Assembly (NCBI GenBank): GCA_030691865.1
Contig: JAUYDL010000041.1
Coordinates: 758-64,757, forward strand
Direction of reading: 5' to 3'
DNA length: 64,000 bases
Source: Candidatus Omnitrophota bacterium
GTDB taxonomy: Bacteria > Omnitrophota > Gorgyraeia > Gygaellales > Profunditerraquicolaceae
This document shows, one piece after another, positions 26,623-36,300 of this stretch. Position 1 is the stretch's first letter, and each line of letters begins with the position of its first letter. The notes under the pieces are model-generated. The model was not told the DNA's origin and ran no database searches. It saw only the letters and a program-made list of their open reading frames with translations. A program made the position numbers and the translations under genes.

Positions 26623-27168
26623 CTATTTTAAATTCTTTATAAATTCAAAACCTTCTTTAACTGCCTGGATATTACCTTCCTGAGCCTTACCGCTAAAATG
26701 ATTCTTAACTACCGCGATAAGATTATCTAATTTCAATTCTCCGGTAGCCGCGGCAAAAGCACCGATGAGAGCAGTGTTTCCTAATGGGCGGCCGATATTT
26801 CTCAAAGCAATTTCATTGGCCGGGACCAAAAAAGCCCTCTGCTTGGCCTTTAACTTCGGCAGCTCCATATCCTCCTTACCATTAATAATCGCTACTCCAT
26901 CCTCTTTTAACCCGGAAAAACAGTTAAACCCGCGCATAAGCGTAGAATCAACGATAATTACGTAATTCGGCTCATAAATCTGGCTGCGTAAACGCACCGG
27001 ATCGCTGTCTACCCGCACGAAAGCATTCATCGGCGCACCCATCCTGGCTGCCCCAAAGTTGGGAAAGGCATAAGGGAATTTACCCTCATTAAAATAGCTA
27101 AACCCTAATAATGTCGCGGTAGTGATTGCGCCCTGGCCTGCGCGGGCATGGATTCTAATTTCTTTCAT
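26623..27168 (-). CDS. 2-oxoacid:ferredoxin oxidoreductase gamma subunit
   Basis: MKEIRIHARAGQGAITTATLLG. Confidence 0.8.
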   Translation of the reverse strand: MKEIRIHARAGQGAITTATLLGFSYFNEGKFPYAFPNFGAARMGAPMNAFVRVDSDPVRLRSQIYEPNYVIIVDSTLMRGFNCFSGLKEDGVAIINGKEDMELPKLKAKQRAFLVPANEIALRNIGRPLGNTALIGAFAAATGELKLDNLIAVVKNHFSGKAQEGNIQAVKEGFEFIKNLK

Positions 27169-27267
27169 AATGCTCCTAGATAAACACTTTCTTGTAACAC
27201 TGCGAAAATCGCGAAAAGCGATTTCTTGATTTTATAGCTTAAGCTGGTTTTGTCAAATGATTTATTT

Positions 27268-28302
27268 TTAGAGGTTTTTGCGGATAAACAGGCTGGTCTG
27301 ATTAAGCAGGCTCAAAATTCCTTCTGCCTTTTGAGCATCCAAGGTGCCTAAACCACAGGCCGGACTAATCAGGAGCCTTTCCAATAGAAGCTGGCGGTCA
27401 ATCCCCTTCTTTACCAGTAATCCTAAGCCAAATTTTATCTTTTGCACTAGCAACTCAGGACTCTGATCCGTATTAAATTCTTGGGTAGGGACTATCCCCC
27501 AGCAGATAATCCCTCCTTTTTTAAGGAAACGATTAAGATTATCCGCGTAAAGCACAAATCTCTCCTGAAAATTAAAAGCATCAAAGTTAATGATATCTAT
27601 ACCGACAGTATCAGTGAGCATTGACCAGTCCGTATTGCCGCAACAGTGTATGCCGATTAGGCTGCCCTGGCTTTTTAGAGTATCCGTAAGCTCAGAGTAA
27701 ACATCAATTACCTCATTACGATTAACCGGCGTATAAGCAGAACCTACACCAGTCAAATACGGTTCATCAAAAAACATAATCATCTTTTTGCCAAATTTCT
27801 TAAAATACTCCAGCTGCCAGAGCGCCTTCATACCTAAACCTTTAACCATAGCCTGCATCAGCACTTCATCATGCAAAATAATTTTGCCTTCGACATCCGT
27901 TATCCCGGAACAAAAAGTAAAAGGGCCGGTAACCTGGCACTTGATAAACTCTACGCCGGATAAATCCATACTATTAAGACGCTCGTAAAAAGCATGCAAA
28001 CCCCGGGCAAAATCCGGGCTTATTTTAAAATATTCCAGATCCTGGGCAATAAATCTATCATAAAATAATTCCAGTTCTTTTTCTTTATCGCCAGCGATAA
28101 AATGTAAATCACCGGCGTCAAACTTAAGCCCGGGCAGGTTTTCACTGAACTGCGCCAGCATTCCCTCGCGCACATTACATTTAGGCAGCTGCGGCCAAAA
28201 GGGTGCTGCGGGAACATAACGCAAGATTAAATCTACCGCGATTTGGGCGTCGGTTAAAGGAAGGCTGCCAATACCGGTTGCCAGGCCTTTTAAATAGCTC
28301 AT
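27268..28302 (-). CDS. cobalamin-independent methionine synthase (MetE) catalytic-domain-like protein, short archaeal-type form
   Basis: IGIHCCGNTDW and LISPACGLGTL match MetE C-terminal Zn-ligand motifs. The start is set at MSYLKG (ATG 28302), which overlaps the upstream TGA as ATGA. Confidence 0.6.
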   Translation of the reverse strand: MSYLKGLATGIGSLPLTDAQIAVDLILRYVPAAPFWPQLPKCNVREGMLAQFSENLPGLKFDAGDLHFIAGDKEKELELFYDRFIAQDLEYFKISPDFARGLHAFYERLNSMDLSGVEFIKCQVTGPFTFCSGITDVEGKIILHDEVLMQAMVKGLGMKALWQLEYFKKFGKKMIMFFDEPYLTGVGSAYTPVNRNEVIDVYSELTDTLKSQGSLIGIHCCGNTDWSMLTDTVGIDIINFDAFNFQERFVLYADNLNRFLKKGGIICWGIVPTQEFNTDQSPELLVQKIKFGLGLLVKKGIDRQLLLERLLISPACGLGTLDAQKAEGILSLLNQTSLFIRKNL

Positions 28303-28691
28303 CTCTTCTTTCCCTTTATTTCCTGTTCTAAGCAATCGGCTAAAACATTGGAAAAAGCCGTCTTAAAATCATAAACCGCATCAAAATCAAACAGAGAATC
28401 TTCTTTGGTCTTGGATAAGAGCTTTTTTTCGATCATCTTAAAAACAATATTGCCGAAATCCTGCGTCTGGTTTATTCCCCAATAAGTTAAAACCCTGCTG
28501 GCCAAAGCCCCGTACTGATTAATGGCATAATCCCGCAGGCCACGGGCCAGCTCAGCACCGCTAACATGCGCGGTTTTTTTTAGTTTTTTCTGTGTAAAAC
28601 CTAAACCTTCTAACACAAATTCATAGGCATCCGGTTTATACCGTTTATCCTGGCGGCAAATCTCTTCAACTAAATCGTAAAATTCACTCAT
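28299..28691 (-). CDS. hypothetical protein (130 aa), translationally coupled to the MetE-like gene
   Basis: ORF with ATGA overlap to the downstream gene. No recognised domain. Confidence 0.45.
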   Translation of the reverse strand: MSEFYDLVEEICRQDKRYKPDAYEFVLEGLGFTQKKLKKTAHVSGAELARGLRDYAINQYGALASRVLTYWGINQTQDFGNIVFKMIEKKLLSKTKEDSLFDFDAVYDFKTAFSNVLADCLEQEIKGKKR

Positions 28692-28702
28692 TATTTTAGC
28701 GT

Positions 28703-29173
28703 CTACTTAAATAACAAACTCTTATAATTATCTGGTAAGCTATTAGCCTGCGAAATCACCTCTCCGGTTTTATCCAGAAAGATATACGTAGGCACGCCCA
28801 TCAAATCATATTTATCAGCCAGCAATCCGGCTTCATCTAACAGTATTTTAAAGTTAAGCGGGTAGCCCTTAAAGAATCTTTGCACTTTATTCTCTGACTC
28901 ACTTACATTAACGCCAAGAATATCAATCCCCTCTTTGGCCATCACAGAATACTGCTGGTTCAACGTTCTTAGCTCCTGGCGGCAATAAGAACACCAACTC
29001 GTCCAAAAGAAAAGAATCACCGGCTTGCCTTTATAGCTGGAAATATTTACTGCCTGGCCGCCTAAATCATTTAATATAATATCTCCGGCCAGGGCTCCTT
29101 TACCAAAACCTAAAACTAACCAGATTAATACCATTAATAACAGTATCCTAAATTTTCTAAAAATCCGCAGCAT
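28703..29173 (-). CDS. TlpA/ResA-like periplasmic thioredoxin (thiol-disulfide oxidoreductase)
   Basis: WTSWCSYCRQEL CxxC motif. The start was moved to MLRIFRK (29173), giving a TAATG junction with ccdA. Confidence 0.75.
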   Translation of the reverse strand: MLRIFRKFRILLLMVLIWLVLGFGKGALAGDIILNDLGGQAVNISSYKGKPVILFFWTSWCSYCRQELRTLNQQYSVMAKEGIDILGVNVSESENKVQRFFKGYPLNFKILLDEAGLLADKYDLMGVPTYIFLDKTGEVISQANSLPDNYKSLLFK

Positions 29174-29847
29174 TAAAATCTCCTGATGGCTGTAATAATA
29201 AAATATAGGCCTGCTAAAACAATAACTGCCGCGCAAACTTTTTTGATTACGACCATCCACTTACCGCTCTTAGGCAACCCGGCCATTCCGGCTCCAAAAG
29301 TACCGATCAGAATAAAAATCAACCCCATTCCATAAGAAAAACTAAGCAATAAAAATCCGCCGTAGAATATATTTTTTGTGGTAGATAAATACGCCAATAT
29401 TGCGCCCAGAATTGGCGTAAGGCAGGGTGTAATCATTAAGCCGGAAACCAGGCCTAATAATAACGCCGTGGCAGGATTGGACTTCTTGTAAACCGGAAGT
29501 TTTAAATTCTTAAAGCCAAAATTAAAATGGAATAAATCAAACATAAAAAGCCCAAAGATAAATATAAGCATCCCGGAAATAAGATTAACTAACGGGCTAG
29601 AACTGAATTTCCCAAACATGCTGCCGGTTAATACGGCCAGGATTCCCAGGAAAGAATAGGTAATAGCCATGCCGGTAACATAAAATAAACTTAAAAACAA
29701 CCCCCTGCTTCTTGAATTCTGCGCGTTACCGACAATGTAACCGGCGCTAATGGGAATAAGCGGATAAACACAAGGAGTAAGACTGGCTAAGAAACCTCCA
29801 AAAAAAGCGATAAGAAAATCGAACGGGCTACCGGAGAGCTGCATCAA
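29173..29847 (-). CDS. ccdA: cytochrome c-type biogenesis protein CcdA (DsbD transmembrane domain)
   Basis: LASLTPCVYPLIPI and MITPCLTPILGA, the two conserved Cys. Confidence 0.8.
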   Translation of the reverse strand: MMQLSGSPFDFLIAFFGGFLASLTPCVYPLIPISAGYIVGNAQNSRSRGLFLSLFYVTGMAITYSFLGILAVLTGSMFGKFSSSPLVNLISGMLIFIFGLFMFDLFHFNFGFKNLKLPVYKKSNPATALLLGLVSGLMITPCLTPILGAILAYLSTTKNIFYGGFLLLSFSYGMGLIFILIGTFGAGMAGLPKSGKWMVVIKKVCAAVIVLAGLYFIITAIRRF

Positions 29848-30139
29848 TCCACCTTAAGTATGGCCTATCTCCAGCAATTATTGGGATGGCGATAATTTCC
29901 GGGACTTCATAGCTATGCAAAGACCTGACCAACTTAATAATTTGGGGTAATTTTTCTTTTTTGGATTTAATCACCAGCAGGGATTCTTTAGCCTGATCCA
30001 ATTTAGCTGCCCAAAAAAATATGGAATCAACTTTATCTACAATATTAACACAGGCAGCTAATTTATGCTTAATCAGGCTGGTGGAAATTTTGCGTGCTTC
30101 TTTTTTATCTTTTGTAGTAACCAGAACAACCACATACAT
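29828..30139 (-). CDS. cutA: divalent-cation tolerance protein CutA
   Basis: CutA1 fold pattern, KLAACVNI. Confidence 0.75.
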   Translation of the reverse strand: MYVVVLVTTKDKKEARKISTSLIKHKLAACVNIVDKVDSIFFWAAKLDQAKESLLVIKSKKEKLPQIIKLVRSLHSYEVPEIIAIPIIAGDRPYLRWIDAALR

Positions 30140-30346
30140 AGTTTAAGTTAACCTCCAACTTAGAGTAATCATATCTATCGCTAAATTTACAAACTCATTA
30201 TATAGGGATTAGCCCGAATTTCAAGGAGATTATTGCTGCGGAAATAAAAAGGGGCACTTTTTTTGGATGGGCCTTTATGCCGGTAGGCTAAAAGGTAGCG
30301 CCCCTTTTGTTCTAACTTTCCCCTGTCATCCTGAGGACCGAAGGAT

Positions 30347-33300
30347 CTATCCACTAAAAGCTACCTTTAGTTCCTCCCCGCTCCTCCCTGACCCCAGCAC
30401 TACCAGAATATCTTTAAGTGTCGGATCAGTTGCACAACAAGTTCCTTCCTGTATCCTTAGGATATCTGAGATACAAGAAACTATTCTTTCCATATCACTA
30501 TCAAGGGTACCTCTAAAACAGCTTGCGGCAAGATACTCTTTTAAGCGTTCTGCAGATGGGGTAATCCCCGAATTAACCAGGCGCTCTATATCCGACCACT
30601 CCTGGGTTAAGTCTACACGCCGCAAAGTACTCTGAGGCATAGTCCTGATACTTGCCTTAAGATTATCCATAGACTGAATGACGATAGGCAGGAAACGGAA
30701 ATCGATACCGCCTTTTTCACGGTCATCGCCTTGAGGCGCGACAGATATTTCCTCCTCAGGATAGAATTTTTGCTTGATCGCCTCAACCATTTTTCCATAG
30801 GGATGCGATTCTATCGAGAAACGAGATAACTCTGGACTCAAGCGGATCGCCCCGGCAGCTATTGCCTCTTCTTTTAAAGAAGCCATCCGCGACAAAAGAC
30901 TAACGGCGTCTTGAGCTTTTCCTAATCCTGCCTTGATAATTAACTCCACCGCCTCAAGTTCATCACGGATTTCACTCGCAGCCTCTACATCAACTTCATC
31001 AGTAATAACTGCCCCATTTTTAATATGCGCTATCTCGTGAGCAATAATCGTCGCCATTTCCCCCCGGCTTATTTCTCCGGCAATAAATTTTTTTACAAAC
31101 CAAATTAAGAGTTGGACGTCGGAACCATGAGTGGTTGCCACGCTTCCTAGCGAAAACTCAAAATTAAAATAAGGAGGAGAATTACTATCCAGGCCCGCTT
31201 CATGCAAAAGAGGCAGAAACATTGTCTCATATAAATTAATCCACGCCTTCTGCTGATCAAGCGGCATAAAACGACCAAGCCCGTATTGGCTTACTTTTTC
31301 AACAGACCAAACCCCCGCCTCAACCTGTTTAATAATACTTACGTCTACATCCGCCTTATGTCCTTGCGATTCTGCGTATTGATGCGCTTCATAGATTAAA
31401 CCTCTTGCCTGTTTTTGGTTATTCGGATTCTTGAGAAAATTACTGAACAATTCATAGGCAGTGGCTTCATCAAGGCCAGGAAACATCTCTTTAGCTTTTT
31501 GGCGCAGATAACTTACTTCATCCTGTTCATGTTTGATTTTTTGCTCTAATATACCTTGTTGCTGCCATTCTGAGAATTTAGCTCTAGTAATATAAACAAC
31601 ACCTCTTCTTAAACCAGCTGAAGCGTATTGCTCGCCATTTTCAGTAACAGATAAATAGGATGCAGCGATAACAATCACTTTTTGGCCGTTTATCATATAT
31701 ACATTCTGATTATCCACTGATAAATCCAAATCTTCTGCTAGGTCTGATTTAGGATTAACATTAAACGCGTCAAGACGTCTTTGTCGTTCTGCTTCCGTAA
31801 TTTTACCCTGTTTAAGCAAAATACCAAGAATACCTTCAAGAATATTGCGATTTGCCTGGGTTTCATCCCCTTTCCCAGTAGAAGAAATGGACGGAGAGTA
31901 GCTAAGCTCGTATACCTTGTTTGCTTGGTAAGCCGCCGGAGGTACAGAAGTTTGAGGAACAGCGGGAATTTGCGAAGCAGGTGTTTGAATTTGGAACGCC
32001 GGCTTCTTCGATGATGTCCGTAGCGTTGTACGAACCGACGGATCCAGCTTCTGCGCATGTTTCGGTTCATACCCGTAGTTAGGTTGGAGTTTTTCCTCTG
32101 GAGTAATGGAAATCTGGGTTGATTGCTCCAGATGCATCGTTTCTGCAATATAGTCTTGAACCCCGTTTCGGTTAGACAATCCCCCAACCTCGCCTGATGT
32201 AGCAATCATGAACTCCCATTTGTTTGCATCTGCAATCTGAACAAATGCTTCCATGGACCGGTCAATGAACTCATGCATCTTTTCGCTTGCCATGATCGAG
32301 GCAAAAGATACTGATGGATCAAAGCCGATGAGGATAAACTTACCGGGTTGAATAAGGAAAAGGGCGTTTCCAAACACTTCCCCATCTTTTACCATTTTGA
32401 CAGGAATGATGTTCTTCCGTTTAGATAAATGTGCAGGATGATCCCCAAAACACGTTCCGGAGATAACACCCTGCCAAACATCTAAAAGTGTCCGGGGAGT
32501 AAATACCAGAGAAATCATTTTCGTATTTTTCTCTTGTTGTTGAACGGTTTCAATGCTCTTAGCATTCACCTGTTTAATAAGTTTTAACTCGTCTGTTGCT
32601 TCGAGCGTCTTTTGCAGATATGCAAGATTCGGATGGGCTGAAAAATAATCCGGAAGGTGTTGGCTCACCAATTCTTCTAGCTGTTTGATAAACAAACTCA
32701 TATCAGTAACAGAAAGCGTACCACTAACAAACTGCGGAATGAGCGCATCAAGGTTGGAAAGCTTGAACACATCGCGCCATACCCCATTAAAAAGTGACGC
32801 ATCAATGGAAAGTGCGCCAGCAAGAACCTTCGTAAGGTTGTCCAGCTTTTGCTCCTCACTTAAGGTACTGGCAATAATGCCGTTTATCTTTTTCAAAAGC
32901 GCCTCTTGCCCATCAGTCCGAAGATATGGAAGTAATAATTTTATGGCGTCTGCTTTTGTTTGCGGATCAAGCAGTTGATTAATCGTATCAGCTGAAAAGA
33001 TTTTTCCAATATCTTCCAACATTGCTACATGATCAACCTGAGGCGTATCGGATTGAAGCAAAAAGTCCCCAAGAAAAGCCTGGACTTGTTGACGCAGCGT
33101 ATCAGGAATGGTAAAAAAGCTCTCCTGGATAGCAAATGGAAATGTTGCCGTACCCGATATTAAGGGAATCGTGGTCAGCTGGCGAGAAACCGTTTCCAGA
33201 ACTTGCCACCGCGGCAATGTCTGCCAGTTAGGAACACTGAATTGTTCCGCTAATTCAGTAAATGATGCGATATAATGACTATCAATAGAAGCAAGGAAAA

Positions 33301-36300
33301 TATCAAACATCTTAAAATCCTCTTCTGTCTGGGGTTGATATCCATTCACAAGTTTAGCTTGAAATTCGTTAAAACGCTTGTTTTTACTCTCAATCTCAGC
33401 CCGAATTTGTCCGATAAGTTCTTTAAGGCGATCGTCGGATACAGAGGAAGAGATACTTTCGGAAAGAAATGTCTGTACTGCAGGAACCAATAACGTTCTT
33501 CGTCGAACAGCAGTAAGCCATTGTTCTCTCGGAAGATATGAAAGCAGGGTATAGATACCAGGAGTAGGTTCCACTGTTCTGATATTGAAACCGTGAGCAT
33601 TCAAATATTCCCTCAGAATAATAATTGTTTCCGGTTTTACTTTTTCTGTAATAAAGTTAAAAAATGAAACATCCGCATCGGTAGCAATCAGTTCAAGGCC
33701 GCCTTCTGTTAGTATCCTACGGATATCAGGTACAGTTAAGTATAGTCTCCAAAATCGTTGTAAGGAAACAGGAAGACGTGAAAGAATATCCTCTGACATC
33801 GCAGTGCCAACATTTTGCCATACATTTTCAATAGCACCTAATTTGGTCTGCTTAGAAATATACGAAGTTATCAATTCATTAAATGAAATAGTTCCTTGTG
33901 AAGAAACAATGGCCGGCCGCAATACTCTTTCAATATCGGTAGTTAATAAAATTTTTGTTTGATTTTCAGGAAGCGCTAAAACATATAACCAATATATTTG
34001 CTCCTGTTGGGATCCAAATTCATTGTCTACCGCATGAATTAAATTATTTGATCCTAAAAGTTTGAATAACTCAAATAAAGGGTAGTGTAGCTTAACATAT
34101 TCGATAAATAACGCGTTGATTCTCACCTGACCATCTTTAATATAAAAATACCGCTGTAAATCTCCAACAGAAATAGCTGGTACTTGATTAAGATAATTTT
34201 TGCCCAGCGCAGTTTCAGCTAAAAGTATTTGATGCAGCGGTTGTGCTGAATCTAATAGTTCATCAATCCGTTCTGGATGGAGATTAAAAAATTCCAATAA
34301 TCGATTTTGCAGTGATCTATAAACTAACTGGTTTCCAAAATCAATAATTCTCTTTTGTGTTTGCGGATTAACTCCATGGAGTTTACTTATTTCTGTGACA
34401 CCCCTTTCAAAGGAAAGTAATGATGACTGAACGCCCCGTTGAATAGCAAGTACTATGGGATTAGTAATTTCTTCAACTTGCTCCGCATCTTGAACAACAT
34501 TTATTAGCCCCCGCCTTATAACATTGTTGATTCGTTCATTCAAAGCCAGAGCGATTATAATGGCGTAGGGATGACGAAGGAGTAATTCCCCTCTCTCTAT
34601 TAAATTTGTACGATTATCAATCCGATGATTGAAACCAGATTCAAAATTAGAAATTGTGTCTTTATCCATTCCATAACCTTCACGAATAAGTTGCGCTAAG
34701 ATATGTGCGGATCCGCTAGAAAGTACTGTTTTAATAAATTCTTGATAATTAACAAAAGCACGCCTCTCGTTATCTATATTTGCGAATTGCTTCTGCTGTC
34801 CTATTGCATCCAATATCACAAGTAAATCTTGTAATAGAGGCACTTGCGTTGAAAGCGCATCATAGGATATAAGTAGATCCCCTAGCGTATCCCTCCCTAC
34901 ACCATAGTCATATAATCGTTGTAGCAAAGATAACGCTTCCTCTTGTCCTTTTTGGAATCCTCCATGTTGGATCGTTGCGGTTAAAAAACGAAGTGCTGGA
35001 GATGGGCCCTCTTGAGTGGAACTAAAAGCAGATTCATACCGAGTAGCACGATAGCTACTATAGTAGTTTCCGAAAACATCAAAAAGAAATGGGTACTCAT
35101 GAGTAGCAGCTACGGCTTTTTGATATGTTTTTTCATCGACAGCAACGATTTCTTGAAAAAAAGGAAGGGATTGAGGTGGAAAATCATATTCTCCTACTCT
35201 GCTATTGCTCATTCCACTCATTCGTTGATCGATAATGTCCAGATCAGTTACCCGCCTTGCTGGGTTTATTGAGTAATCATGATATATTCGCTCATAATGA
35301 TTGGATGTAATATTCCCATCATAATATTTAAAAAGAATTGGTGATCCGCTTTTTTCCAAACTTCGTAATACTTGCTCAGGTTGTTTTATGCCATTTTTCC
35401 GCATAGCCCTTAGTGATCGAATTCTTGGGATAAATAATTGCACTGCATGAGATCGCAGATATGCTCGAGCAGACGCGCTCATTTTTTGCATTTGTTCTTC
35501 AGCCGCCTCTGTTGGGTGTCTATTAAGCACCCCTTGTGTGCTTAACCATTGAGTAGCATCCGTACTCATTTGTCTTAACCGATTTTCTCTACTATATTGA
35601 CTATCTCCCAACCCATAAATCGTTCTGATAGATTTTACAACGCTTGAATCAACTGAAGGTAAAGTATCCGCTATATCTGTTAACCGCTGTGTTTGTGAAG
35701 TATAACCGATAAATGGCGTTGATTCCCAAAATATCTTTAAAACGTATGACTCAATGGTGGCTTGAAGCTCCCCTGAAACAACTAATTGCGTTTCACTGAT
35801 CGCAGCATTTGCTAGTAAATGAATGCGTGTTTTTAATTGCTCAAAAAGCATTCCTTTTGGATCAGCTATGCTAAATGTACGGATCATAATATCAGTAAAT
35901 AGCGCTCGAATAGTAGGTTGCTGTTCAACCCTAAATTGTTTTTCCAATGCAATATAGTCGATAGCTAATTCAGCTATAACCTTACCTATATCACTCTTAT
36001 AAAGCCCGGCGTGTTGTATAGCGCGAATAACAGAAGAAATATCAGGAATTTGTAATAATGTATCAACAAATTTACGTAAGCCACCTTCTGTAATTGTTGG
36101 TTTTTCTGTTAGATACGAGACAAAACCATATATGAGATCATCTAAATCAATTACTGCCTGCATCTGTCGCAATGTCTCAAAAAGACGAGTGTATTCATGC
36201 AAAACCAGATCAGAGTTTTCACTTGCAAGTATTTGCATAAGCAACCGTGAAAAAGTGTAATAATTCATTAGGGATTGACTAGATTTTTTTGGATCACGAA

